Positions 49,725-62,975 of a stretch of 64,000 nucleotides of DNA are shown piece after piece (the first letter of the stretch is position 1; each line of letters starts with the position of its first letter). This DNA comes from Camelus ferus. Taxonomy: Eukaryota. The position numbers and the translations under genes are program-made. The notes below the pieces were generated by a model. That model searched no databases, had not been told where the DNA came from, and saw only the letters and a program-made list of their open reading frames with translations. The DNA lies in NCBI RefSeq assembly GCF_009834535.1, contig NC_045697.1, positions 68,202,001 through 68,266,000 of the forward strand, given 5' to 3'.

Positions 49725-52700
49725 CCGAGAGGATTGCCAAGATGGCAGAGTAGAGGGATGACTACCTAACCCTCTCCTACAAATACACCAAAAACTACAT
49801 CTACATACAGAACAATTTGAACAGAATGCCTACTGAACTTTGGCAGAATATCTCTTACTTTGGAAATACAAGGAGAATCCTCACAAAAATGGGTAGGAAA
49901 AAAAAGAAAAAGAAAATTGGCGAGACCTGTCCCCTGAGGAGGGAGCAGCAAAAGAGGACAAGTGCCCTCACCCTGGGAAGTCCCCTTTCCAGCGGGGAGA
50001 TCAGTGGGGACAGAAACACAGCTTCAGAGGCTTGGAGGAGAGAGCAACAGCCATTTGGCAGACAGAACTGAGAGAAATCAGCACAGAGGGTCCCTGTGAT
50101 CCCTAGTCCAAGACACAAACCAGTGGGAGTGGGTCAGGACTGGCTGCTGGAGCTCAGGCTTCCTGGGACTAACCCAGGGAGAGGACTGTGGCATACTACA
50201 CAGAGGCAGCCTCAGGTGGCTGGAGTGTGGTGCAGGCTGATGATGGGAGAGAGTGCAAATCAGCCTGAGTCCATCCATAGTGAACATCACTGCTGGTGCC
50301 TGTAAAAGGGGGTGCACAACACAGCCTGGCCATAGCAGCCATCTCCACTAGCCCAGAGGACATGGCTCAACACCATTGTTGGTGAGCATTGTCGCGGAAA
50401 GAGACGCGGGGTCCAGACACAGCTATATTCTCTGCTTTCTCTGCGGGGGGCACAATCACTGTTGTGCAGCTGCTAGGCAGAGACAGGGCTGAAACCTGAA
50501 TCCATATCCATACTTCTCAGGCAGGACTGAGATTTGACTCTAGCTCCAGGCAGCAGAAGTGGATTTGCTCCCTAGGTGTGTTGGTGGACCTGTGCTTCTG
50601 AGACAAACGAGCAGAGCCTAACAAAAAAGATCTTCTTCAAGCGGAAACAAAGAGGGAACCATAGCGAGAATGTAGGAGGGGTGTGCTCATAATATAATTG
50701 GGCCCCATAACCCCCAGGTTGGGTGACCCACAAGCTGAAAAATAATTAAGTATCAGAGGCCCTCCCACAGAAGTGAGAGTTCTGAGCCCCATGTCAGGCT
50801 CCCCAGCCTGGAGTTCCAGCATTGGGAGAAGGAGACCCCAGGACACCTGGTTTTGAAGACCAGAGCTGCTTAACTCCAGGAGCCCCACAGGACTGAGGGA
50901 AACAGAGACTTCATTCTCTTGGGAAACATACACAGAATCTCATTTGCTCCATGTCTGAAGGGCAGAGGCAGTGATTTCATAGGAACCTGGGCCAGACCTG
51001 CCTGCTGATTTTGGAAGGCCTTCTGGGGAGATAGAGGTTGGCTGCATCTCACCCAGGGGACGTAAAATCTGGTGGTGGACATTCCAGGAGTGTTTATCAA
51101 CATGAGCTTTCTTGGAGGCTGACATCTTGATTGGATCATCAGTACCTAGACCTATCCCCACCCAACAGTTTATATGCCTAGGGGCTGGGAAGCCTCAGGA
51201 CAAATAACATTCTAGGTGGGCACACAGCCCCACCCATCAGCAGACTTCCTGAGCTACAAATGCCTCTGGACATGGCCCCACTCACCAAAGGTCTAGGACC
51301 AAGCTTCACCCAGCAGTGGGCAGACACTGACTCTTCCTGCTAGGAAACCTGCATAAGCCTCTTGTCCAGCCTTATCCACCAGGGGACAGATACCAGAAAT
51401 AAGAAAACAACAATCCCAAAGCTTGTGGAAGGAATCTGCAAACACAGGCCAGACTCTACAGTAGGACTGGCTGGACCCTGAGCCTCGGGTGACAAGAGAG
51501 GAGTGTACTGCTGGGACACAGAGGATGCCTCCCACAGAGGGTCACTTCTTCAAGGTCAAGAAATGTAACTAACCTACCTAAAAATACAAATAGAGATAGA
51601 CAGTATGAGGCAGCAGAGGAGTATCTTCCAGGCCAAGGCACAAAGTGAAATCCCAGAAGAAGAAATAAGTGATGAGGAGATAAGCAATATATCTGAGAAA
51701 GAGTTTAGAGTAATTATGGCAAAGATTTTCAGAGAACTCAAGGAGTATAGATGCGTAGAGTGAAGTTTTTAGTAAAGAGTTGGAAAATATAGAGAATACC
51801 CAAACAGAGTTGAAGAGTAAGATCATTGAAATGAATAAACACTAGAAAGAACCAAGAATAGACTAAATGAGGCAGAAGAATGGATCAGTGAGCTAGAAGA
51901 CAGATTAGTGGAAATCACTACTGCAGAACAGAAAAAAGAATAAAGAATGAAAATAAATGAGGATAGTTTAAGAGAACTCTGAGACAACATGAAGAAGTGT
52001 ACCAATAATCACATTATAGTGGTTCCAGAAAGAGAAGAGAGAGAGAGATAGGACCTGAGAAATTTTTTGAAGAAATAATAACTGAAAACTTCCCTAACTT
52101 GGGAAAGGAAACAGTCACCCAAGTTTAAGGAGCACAGAGAGTTCCATACCAGATCAGCCCAAAGAGGAACACACCAAGGCACACAGTAATCAAATTGACA
52201 AAAATTAAGGATAAGGAGAAAATATTAAAATAAGCAAGAGAATAGCAACAAATAATATACAAGGATTGTCAGCTGATTTTTCAGCAGAAACTCTACAGGC
52301 CAGAAGGGAGTGGCATAATATATGTAAAGTGATGAAAGGAAAATACTCACAACCAAGAATACTCTATCCGTTAAGGCTGATTCAGATTTGACAGAGAAAT
52401 CAAAAGCTTCACAGATAAACAAAAGCTAAGATAATTCAGCACCACAAAACCAGCTTTACGACAGATGTTAAAGGAACTTCTTTAGTCATCAAACCACAAG
52501 AAAAGAGAACAAAAGGAGGAAAGACAGAAGAAAAAAAAAGATCTACAAAAACAAACCGAAAGCTAACAAAATGTCAAGAAAATACATATAGATAATTACC
52601 TTAAATGTAAATGGATTAAATGCTTCAACCAAACAACAGACTGGCTGAATGGATACAAAAACAAGACCCATATATATGCTGTCTACAAGAGACCTACTTC

Positions 52701-54859
52701 AGATCTAGAGATACATGCAGCCTGAAAGTAAGGGGATGGAAAAAGATATTCCATGCAAACGGAAACCAAAAGAAAGCTGGAGTAGCAATACTTATATCAG
52801 ACAAAGTAGATTTTAAAATAAAGACTGTTACAAAAGATAAAGAAAGACACTACATAATGCTTAAGGAATTGATCCAAGAAGAGGATATAACAATTGTAGA
52901 TATATAAGCACCCAACATAGGAGCACCTCAATATATAAGGCAATTGTTAACAGACATAAAAGAAGAAGTTGACAAGAGCACAATAGTAGTGGGGGACCTA
53001 AACACCCCACTTACATCAATGGACAGATCATCCAGACATAAAATCAATAAGAAAATATAGGCCCTAAATAACACATCAGATCAGATGGACTTAACATCTC
53101 CATCCAAAAGCAGCAGAATACACATTCTTTTCAAGTGCATGTGTAACATTCTCCAGAATTGACCACATGCTGGCCCACAAAGCTAGCCTCAGTAAATTTT
53201 AGAAAATTGAAATCATGCTAGGGATCTTTTCTGACCACAATGCTGTAAGGTTAGAAATCAACTACAAGAAAAAAACTTCAAAAACTGCACACATGGAGGC
53301 AGTTTTCCAGTGAAGACATACAAACGGCCAATAGGTACAAGAAAAAATGCTCAGTATAGCTAATTATCAGAGCAATGCAAATCAAAACTACAATGAGGTA
53401 TCACCTCACACCAGTCAGAATGGCCATCATTAAAAAGTCCACAATCAATAATTTCTGGAGAGGGTGTGGAGAAAAGGGAACCCTCCTACATTGTTGGGAA
53501 TGTAGTTTGGTGCAGCCATTATGGAAAAAGTATGGAGATTCCTTAAAAAACTAAAAATAGAGTTACCATATTATCCAGCAATCCTACTCCTGGGTATATA
53601 TCCAGAAGGAACTCTAATTGAAAAAAATAAATGCACCCCAGTGTTCATAGCAGCACTATTTACAACAGCCAAGACATAGAAACAACCCAAATGTCTGCCA
53701 ACAGATGACCAGGTAAAGAAGTTATGATATATATATACAATGGAATACTACTCAGCCATAAAAGAGTAAAATAATGCCATTTGCAGCAACAATGATGGAC
53801 CTGGATATTGTCATTTTAAGTAAAATAAGCCAGAAAGAGAAAGAAAATACCATATGTTATCACTCGTGTGTGGAATCTTAAAAACGAAATTGTGGTAGTG
53901 GTTTCATTGGTTATACATCTATCAAAATTCATCATATAGTACGTCTGAAATATGTGTAGTTTACTGTACAGGAACTAACAATAAAGGTGTTATAAAAGAG
54001 GAGCTAGAAGTGATAATCATACATAATACTTTTATTTCTGATAATAGTTACCTACAGTTCCTTTTTATTCTTAGAATCCTTTGGTGGCAGGAAAAAAAAT
54101 GCTCTAATGGTCATGAAGGTACTATGTCTTACCATTGTGGCAAATACATCTGTTCTTTTCTACATGAGAAACATAAGAATGGGAAGAAAGTTTGATATGC
54201 TTGAACCTCCCACTACACGAACACCACTATCTGTCCCTGTAACTGGTGTCTCTTATTACACACAGAAGCAAATAAGATAGCCCAGTATTTAGAAAACAGA
54301 AACAGGATGACTCAGGCTTGGTATCTTTCCTCACATTCACTGGTAACTCATTTCCACAATGACTCCTCTTCTTTAGAAATTCTATTCTTCTTCTCTAGAG
54401 GAGATTCCTACCCCCACCCCCGACTGCCAACTTACCATCCATCAAACACTTAAAACTGTAAAAATATCTCTGAATCTTGCTACTTTTCTAAGGGATTATC
54501 CTCATTTTCTCTCCTTTCTGTAATTTGGCTTATAGTTCCACTTTGCCATTATTTAGTTGTTTAAAGTATTTGGTTTATTGCTTCAAAAAATTGTACACTT
54601 ATGCCAAAGTTGCACTCTAAGTAGACTGTACCTGTTATATTCTGGCAGGGATGGCTATCAAATCCCATACACTAGGCTCATTCATTTATTCAAAACGTAT
54701 TTACTGAGCACCTACTTTGAAACTGGCATCGACCTTGGCAGAGTGAAAATTAATTTCTTTCACAGTAGCAACTTCCATTTCACTTGGAAACTTGTTTTAC
54801 CAGGCTTGAACTCACCATGAAACTGATGTTTCTGCCTTCATGGAATACCCCAGTGGCAC

Positions 54860-55411
54860 TGTTAGGTAGTTAGATAAGTGGGAGCACTGGACAGATAAGG
54901 TGGAGAAGAGGGAGGATGGTCTGGAAGATGGCAGTATGCCCGCCTTCACGATAAAGGGGCTTTACTTCCTCTAAATGAGTGCCAACAAGAAACTGGTTAG
55001 AACCTGACAGCCACAACTGTGTGGTAGTGACAAGGACCTAACCAGATATGACCCAATGATCATTGTAATATAATTTAGCATTGTGGTTTAGCCCTCCTGC
55101 CATAGGTTTTTCTGTGTGCATCATGGGTAAGGACATGTGCAAAAGAAGATGAGCATGACTAAGCACTACAGGGACAAGAGCTGGCAATCAAGAGACCACC
55201 TCTAAGTGACAGTGTAAAAGGAAGGGCAAACAAAGACCACTGGTATCCACCCTTGAATCAGTCTGCCTCCCATTCTTGGAGGTATACTTTCCCTTTGTTA
55301 ATAAAACCTTTAAAATCTTTTGCTACAGAATGCTTCCATCTCCCATCTGAATTCTTATCTTTCAGGTAAGACAAGAACTGGGGTCTTTTCCATTCCCCTT
55401 TTGGGGTTAAA
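54860..55411 (+). mobile_element. ERV1-type solo LTR
   Basis: Starts tgttaggtagttag; aataaa at ~55300; flanks gcac/gcat resemble a 4-bp TSD; start resembles the reverse complement of the 42434-43040 LTR. Confidence 0.75.
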
Positions 55412-55919
55412 GCATAAGAATAAAAGCAAATGTCTGAAGATATGTAAATCATCTGCTTTTAATCTTAGTGACACTGGGACTATAACCTTGTCTCTTATTA
55501 GGCTGAATATACATTCTATGCCTTTCAGTTATCAAACAGTAGTTTTATATTCACATTTAAACTCTTAGGTGCCATTTAAACCAATCTCAGAAGATTCAGA
55601 TCGCTATAGTATCTTAAGATAGACACCTTGGTCTCCTGGGTCCCTGTGGCCATCTTAGGCAACTTGCTTTCAGAGAGAAAGGAATTCATAATACATAATG
55701 GGGTTTTTTTTTCACATTTATCTTTAAAAAGAACCTTATCTAACAGAAGAAGGATAAGATCTGCCAAAGAAACAGCTACATCAAAGAATTTAGAGTGTTC
55801 ATAAACTGAGTGAAAATGCTGGAACCCCTTTCTTATATAAATAACCTTTTATAAGCCTCATTCTTCTAGAGAAATTTCTTTCTTCTTATTTAATTTAAAA
55901 CTCTTATTAGTGATTATCC

Positions 55920-56002
55920 TGTTGTTGGGGCCCAGAGCAGGGTGCCCCAAAATGTGCCTCAGTGACTTATTTTGAATTAAAGTTACTTGAGAAACAGCCA
56001 GT
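55920..56002 (+). mobile_element. First ~80 bp of an LTR (MER34/39-like)
   Basis: tgttggggcccagagc...ccccaaaat...attttgaattaaag. Confidence 0.5.
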
Positions 56003-56272
56003 GGTGGGGGAAATGATATATTAAAACAAACAAAAAAAGACATAAATGAACTAAATAAATAGAAACAGACTCACAAACATAGAAAACAAGCATAGTTACC
56101 AGTAGGGTAGGGGTTGGAAGGGATAAATTTGGAGTTCGAGATTTGCATATACTAAATGCTCTATGTAATAGGTAAACAAGTTTTTTTTGTGTAGCACAGG
56201 AAACTATATTCAGTATTTTTTGTAGCAACAAATAATGAAAAAATATGAAAAGGAATATATGTATATATATGT

Positions 56273-56344
56273 ACATGACTGAAACATCAGGCAGTACACC
56301 AGAAATTGACATGACTGAAACATTAGGCAGTACACCAGAAATTG
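56273..56344. repeat. 36-bp tandem duplication in the L1 3' UTR
   Basis: acatgactgaaacat(c/t)aggcagtacaccagaaattg x2, one mismatch. Confidence 0.95.
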
Positions 56345-56412
56345 AGTATATTTCAACAAAGAAAATAATAAAATGAATAGCATAAGAGAAAAACAAAGAA
56401 ACAAACAAAAAA

Positions 56413-57420
56413 CAAAGTTGCAAGAGTCAAAGTTAATGTATAAAAATTTTGCATTTTTATATAACAATAACAATTGGAAAGTGAAATAAATCATATCGCA
56501 TTTATAATTTGCCAAAATATAAAATAACTAATAATTAACAAAAATTAAGCAAGCTAAATATACTGAAAACTATAGCATGTTATTGAGAAAAAATAAAGGA
56601 GACCTAAATATATGGAGATATTTATTATGTCCATGGATGGGAAGAGTTAACATTGTTAACGTGTCGATTTTTTTAATTGATCTATGGAATTAATACAATC
56701 TCAATCAAAATCTTAGAAGTATTTTTGGTATAAATTAGTAAGTTGATTCTAAAACTTACGTGAAAATGCAAACAATTCAGAATAAACAAAGTAATTTTTA
56801 AAAAACTAAGAGAACATACATTATCTGATTTCAAGACTTGCTATGAAGCTGTAGTAATCAAGACAGCATGACCCTGGTGAACAAATAGATTTATCAAGTG
56901 GTCAATAGAACAGAATAGTGAACCCAGAAGAAAACCTGTACGTACATTGTCAGTTGTATTTGTCAAAGGTCCCAAAACAATTCAATGGGCAAAGAAAAGT
57001 CTGTAACAAATAGTGTTGATCAACTGGATGTCCCTGTAGAAAAAGTAAACATCAAACCTTAACATACACAATGCACAAAGTTAACTTAAAATGGCTTATA
57101 ATTGTAAGTGGTAAAAATTTTTAAAAAAGGAAAATATTTGAAAATTTGGGTTAGCCATTATTTTCTTAGAACACAAAAGGTGTAAGCCACAAAAGAAAAA
57201 AATGAAAAAGTGGACTTCATGAAAATTAAGACTTATTTCTTTGAAAGACACCTCAAGAAAAAAAAATGCAAACCATATAAATGTGAGGATAGATATACAA
57301 AGCAGAAAATAATTGGAAAATGATTTCACCATAGTGCCAAAAACAGTATAATTCAGATAAATACATGGTATATGGAATAATAAAGAATTTATAATTAAAT
57401 AATAAGGACAAATAAGACAA
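56413..57420 (+). mobile_element. Old L1 ORF2, right part (continuation of 48915-49724)
   Basis: tccatggatgggaagagttaacattgttaa, tctgatttcaagacttgctatgaagctgtagtaatcaagacag. Confidence 0.85.
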
Positions 57421-57924
57421 AATGAGCAGCCTTTATACCTTGGTGTTTGAAAACATTTGCTCATGAGGCATTGTGTTTGGAATCTGACCAGATATATACT
57501 TGCATGGTGTCATAGAGTGGCAGGGGCAGGTGGTGGTTTTGCTGGCTTGGAGTAGCAGGGCGACCACCTCAGAAGTGGGAAACATCTGGAACCAGGATGA
57601 AATAGTGTCAGATAGTGGCCTGGATGCCTGGATGGCAGGTTGCAATAAGGGCCTTTGAGGAGTTGACTATAGGAGACAAACATGAGTTGAGGTGAGAGGA
57701 AAAAAGAACAGGTCCAAGTTGGATTTCTTGTAGCAGAAGGCATGTGCAGTACACCATAAGAGAGAATTGAAATTCTCCTCTTCTGGATAATGGGGGATAA
57801 GATAAGGACATTAACAGTAACATCAACCTCTTTACTCCAGTAGGGAAATTTAAGTTAATTAAACATACAAGAGAATCCCTGGCAGCACTCACAAAAATTA
57901 GGGTGACGAACAAGGGTATGAGCT

Positions 57925-58250
57925 CCTTGTCTCTCAAGTGCAGGTCTTAAAAGATGGGGTTACTGATAAAGGGTTCAAACCCTTCTTTCTTCAGGGAGAA
58001 ACTCTATGTTCTAAGTTCCTTCATGATTGTGGGTCATTGTGGTGGGGGGTGGGATTTGTAATGAGATTATGTCCCAGTGTTTCCTACGTGCTTTGATGTG
58101 GTTTTCTTTTCATTTTCCTGAAGTGTAGTTGTCACTTAGCCAACTTTTAGGTTTTTTAAGAGGAAATTATTCCATATGATAGCTTTAGACTCAGTGTATC
58201 CATGGGAGGAGATGAGTACAGAATCTCCCTACATTGCCATCTTGAACTGG
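57925..58250 (-). mobile_element. Inverted 5' terminus of the adjacent L1
   Basis: Ends gccatcttgaactggaac (reverse of the L1 5' start caagatggc); left end matches the 5' UTR position just before 58290. Confidence 0.75.
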
Positions 58251-58269
58251 AACCTCTGGAACCTCTGGA

Positions 58270-61200
58270 ACCTCTTTCTCAACCTCTACATTCTTACCTC
58301 TACATTATCTGGCTTTGGTGGCCAGTAAGGCTTAAGCTCTTGGGGCTGTCCCAGAGGACAGGAACCAACAGAGGAAGAGTCCTTCAACAGCTAATACAGC
58401 CAGAGCACAGCAAGAGGCAACAGATGCAGGAGCTCCATCTTTCTGTGAAGTAGGTCTATTAGCTAATCATTATGACTACAGCCTGAGGGGCAGGCTTTTA
58501 ATTAAATACGTATCTAAGGGCTGGCTATAATTCTTTACAGAGACCTAGGAAGGCAGGCACTATCTTTGCTCTCACCCTCTGCCATGCTCCTGAGCACCAA
58601 TATTTCCTGGAGACAAGCTTTACAAGCATCTGATACCTAGCTGGTAGGTCTGCACCCTGGTCTTTGTGGCTGCCACTCAAGGGATGCCTCTTGATCACCT
58701 GCCTCTGGTGACCAGAGGGGCTTGCATTCCTTGGTCCCAGAGGACTGTGGCAATCAAAGAAACAGTTATTAGCAGACTACCCACCCCAGGGTATTGCACA
58801 GATAGTGGACTGAGGCACATTCCCAAGTCTTTTTGTGAAGGAGTCCTCTTTGTTTGTCTGGTGCTTTGGCCTGAGAAACATGCTTCAGATTAGGCAGACA
58901 TTTAGTGGCCTATAGAGCTGCTCAAAAAGGAACATAGATTGTGGACACTATCTCCTTCTGCCTTCCTCCAACTCACCGGCATCTCCCACAAAAGAACTTA
59001 CACACTCATTTGGAGCCCCAATTTTTTGTGACTGCTGCCCAGGGGACACCCTAGATCACCTGTCTCAGTGGGGCTTACACTTGTGGTCTCATAGCACTGT
59101 ATATATTTGTATAATTTTAAAAGCTGCAGCCTGAGGGTCTGATTTCTACTTAACCTGACTGTAGGTGCTGATAGTCTCTCTTTGGGGACACTGACAGTTC
59201 TTGTCACATCATCAACTGCTGGAAGCTGTTAAAAGTATAATAGGTTGCTTGAATAAGCACAGAGGTTTGAGAGATGACAGAGACCTGAGGTAGGATTAAG
59301 GTTCATCTCCCACACAGGGTCACCCTCAAGACCAGGGGAAGTGGTTGTTTCATCTGATGTGTAGAAATGAACCCAGAGAGTCAAGCAAAATGAAGACAGA
59401 GAGGAATATGTTCCAAATGAAAAACAAGATTAAACATCAGAAGAAAATCTTAATGAAATGGAGATAAATAACTTACCTGATAAAGAGTTTAAGGTAATGT
59501 TCATAAAGGTGCTTAAAACTGGGGAGAAGAATGGATGAACACAGTGAGAACTGCAATAAGAAACAGGAAATATAAGAATACAAATTAGAAGTCACAAAAC
59601 TGAAGGACACAATACCTGAACTGACAAATACACTAGAGGGCTTCAACAGCAGATTAGAAGAAACAGAGGAAGGAATGAGTCAAATCAAAGACAAAGCAGT
59701 GGAACTCACTTGATCAGAGTAGCAAAAAGAAAAAAAGAATGAAAAAATGTTAAGATAGGCTATGGGACTTATGGGAGAACATCAGAGAGACTAATGTTCA
59801 CATTGTAGGACTTCCAAAAGGAAAAGAGAGAGAGAAAGGGGCAGAAATATTATTTGAAGAAATGATAGCTGAAAACTTCCCTAACTTGGGGAAGGACATA
59901 GATATCCAGCTCTGAGAAACCCAGAGAGTTCCAAAGAAGATGAATCCAAAGAGACACCAAGATATGTTATAATTAAAATATCAAAAGTTAAAGACAAGGA
60001 GAGAAAAGAAGCAAGAGAAAAACAACTTGTTGCATATAAGGGAACCCTCATTAAGACTATTAGCAAATTTTTTAGCACAAATTTTGCAGGCCAGAGGGAG
60101 TGACACAGTATATTGAAAATGCTGATAGAAAGAAAACGTTCCAGCTAGGAATACTCTACTTGGCAGAGTTATCATTGTGAACTGAAGGAGAGATAAAGCA
60201 TTTTCCAGACAAGTAAAAGCTAAAGGGGTTCATCTCCACTAAACTTTCCTTAAAAGAAATGTTAAAGGGACTTCTTTAAGCTGAAAAGGAAAGGCACTAA
60301 TTAGTGACAAGAACATAAATGAAAGAGTAAGTCTTACTGGAAAGGTAAATATCAAGTAAAAGTGGTGGATTAATGACTTATAAAGCTAGTATGAAAGTTC
60401 GGAAGAAAAAGTAGTGAAAAAATAACTGATTAAAATAATTAGTTAAGGAATACACAAGATACAAATATTCAAAATGTGACATCAAAAACATAAAATGTGG
60501 AGGGAAAGAGTAAAAATGTTGAACTTCAGAATGGAGTTAAACTTCAGTTTTTATCAACTTAAAACAGAGTGTTACAGATAAAAGTTGTTACATGTAAGCC
60601 TCATGGTAACCATGAAGCAAAAACCTATAGTAAATACACAAAAGATAAAGAGAAAAGAATACAAGCATACCACAAAAAAGGTCACCAAACCACAAAGGAA
60701 GAGAGCAAGAGAAAAAGAAAGGAACAAGAGGAACTACAAAACAACCTGAAAACAATTAACAAAATGGCAATAAACACATACCTATCAATAATTACTTTAA
60801 ATGTAAATAGACTAAATCTGCCAATCAAAAGACACAGAGTGGCTGAAAAAAAACAAGACTCATCTTTATGTTGCCTTCAAGAGACTCCTTACTTCGCAGC
60901 AATTTTGAATTTTATTTACATCTTTAATGAAAAGTTTTCTTTTTTTTTTGTTCCAGCACTGTATTTTTAAAAAATTATAGTCAGTTTACAATATTGTGTC
61001 AATTTCTGTTGGACAGCATAATGTTTTAGTCATACATACACATAAATATCTTTCTTTTCATATTCTTTTTCATTATAGGTTGCTACAAGCTATTGAATAT
61101 AGTTCCCTGGGCTATACAGTATGAACTTGTTGTTTATTTTATATGGTTAGTATCTGCAAATCTCAATCTTCCAACTTATTCCTTCCTACCTCCTTTCCCC

Positions 61201-62545
61201 CTGGTAACCATAAGTTTGTTTTCTATGTATGTGAGTCTGTTTCTGTTTTGTAAATAAGTTTATTTGTGTCTTTTTTTAGATTCCACATGTAAGTGATATT
61301 ATATGGTGTTTTTCTTTCTCTTTCTGGCTTACTTCACTTAGAATGACAATCTCCAGGTCCATCCATGTTGCTGCAAATGGCATCATTTAATTCTTTTTTA
61401 TAGCTGAGTAGTATTCCATTGTATAAATATACCACAACTTCTTTATCCAGTCTTCTGCTGATGGACATTTAGATTGTTTCCATGTCTTGGCTATTGTAGA
61501 TAATGCTGCTATGAACGTTGGGGTGCATGTAGCTTTTCGAATTAGAGTTCCCTCCAGGTATATGCCCAGGAGTGGATTGCTGGATCATATGGTAAACAAG
61601 AGACTTGTTTTGGATGTAAAGACACACAAGGCTGAAAGTGAAAGGATGGAAAAATGTACTCCATGCAAATGGAAACCAAAAGAAAGTTGGAATAGCTATA
61701 CTTACATCAGACAAAGTAGGCTTTAAAACAAAGAACATAATAAAAGAAAAAGAAGGGCATTCTATAATGATAAAGGGATCAACCTAACAAGAAGATATGA
61801 TATCTCTAAATATTTATGCACCTAATTAGAATCAACTAAATGTATAAAGCAAATATTAACAGACCTAAAGGGATAGCTAGACAGCAATGCAATAATAGGG
61901 GACTTTAATACACTACTTACATCAATGGATGGATCGTTTAGACAGAAACTCTACAAACATAGGCCTTAAATAACACCTTAGAACAGATGGACTTAGATAT
62001 TTACAGAAAGTTACATCCAAAAGAAACAATACATGTTCTTCTCAAGTGCATATGAAACATTTTCTAAGATACATCTTATGGTAGGCCACAAAACGATTCC
62101 TAATATATTCAAGTGGATTAAAATCATTGAAAAAAAAAGCATCTTTTCCAACCACAGTGGTATGAAACTAGAAATTAATTGCACACACACAAAAAGAACT
62201 GTAAAATTTATAAATATGTGAAGATTAAACAGAATGCTACTGAACAACCAATGAGTCAAAGAAGAAATCAAAACAAATCAAAAAATACCTTGGAAAAAAA
62301 TACCTTGAGACAAATGAAAATGTAAAACACCAAAATTCATGGGATGCAGCAAAAGCAGTTCTAAGATGGAAGTTGATAGTGATAAACGCCCACCTCAAGT
62401 AATAAGAAAAGTCTCAAACAAACAGCTTAACTTTACACTTCAATGGACAGAAAAAGAAGAATAAATGAGCCCAAAATTAGAAGAGGGAAGGAAATAACAA
62501 AGATTAGAACAGAAATGAATGAAATAAAAACAAACAAGAACAGAA
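58270..62545 (+). mobile_element. Decayed L1 (5' UTR, ORF1, ORF2 endonuclease); 3' part missing
   Basis: ORF1 ~59390-60280; ORF2 start MAINTYLSIITLNVNRLNLPIKRHRVAE at ~60764; ggggactttaatac motif. Confidence 0.9.
60892..61596 (-). mobile_element. Younger 5'-truncated L1 nested antisense in ORF2
   Basis: Antisense L1 3' UTR; host sequence caagagact duplicated at 60878-60886 and 61597-61605. Confidence 0.9.
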
Positions 62546-62549
62546 ATGA

Positions 62550-62975
62550 AAAGAGAGTTCAGAATCAGGCTGTAGATTGTCACTTCATTTCTAAAAAGGT
62601 AATAATGTGATCAGCACAGTAGGCCAGGAGTTAAGTTTCAGTAAATGGTGCTGGGTCAGATAGATATCTATATGGAGAAAATAAACCCTGGCCTGAGCCT
62701 CATACTATGCAAAAGTAAATTCCAGATGGATTGCAGATCTGAATGTAAAAGGAAAATTAATAAAGCTTTTCAAAGAGTTCATATAAAAACATCTTCATGA
62801 ATGTGGAGTATGCAAAGATATCATATAATAAACAGTGCTAAACATAAAGAAAAATGGTAAATAGGACAATGATTAGATTAGAACTTTTGTTCAAGAGACA
62901 TCTCTTGAATAGGGCTCTGAAAAATGGAAGCCACAGAGAGGGAGAAAATGCAATACAATATCCTACAAGTAACTT
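62550..62975 (+). mobile_element. Ancient L1 ORF2 3' fragment (L1ME-like)
   Basis: ttcagtaaatggtgctggg, aaattccagatggattgcagatctgaatgtaaaagg. Confidence 0.7.

Larger units (their letters stand above)
49725..56412 (+). mobile_element. Younger L1, full-length at both ends, with an internal ORF2 deletion and a foreign insert in the 3' UTR
   Basis: 5' caagatggc at ~49738, GC-rich 5' UTR, ORF1 ~51605-52490, ORF2 endonuclease (EWIQKQDPYICCLQET...KKAGVAILISDK), 3' UTR and A-rich tail; 14-bp TSD caaagttacaagag (49711-49724) / caaagttgcaagag (56413-56426). Confidence 0.9.

Noticed and set aside
52571..53300. Active L1 ORF2 / autonomous retrotransposon
   Set aside because: Stops and frameshifts, RT domain deleted; the other L1s in the window are likewise disrupted
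56273..56344. CRISPR-like 36-bp direct repeats
   Set aside because: Two adjacent copies with no spacer, inside a mammalian L1 3' UTR; simple tandem duplication
57440..57925. Possible ERV env or pseudogene fragment
   Set aside because: Translations gave no motif I could identify; left unassigned
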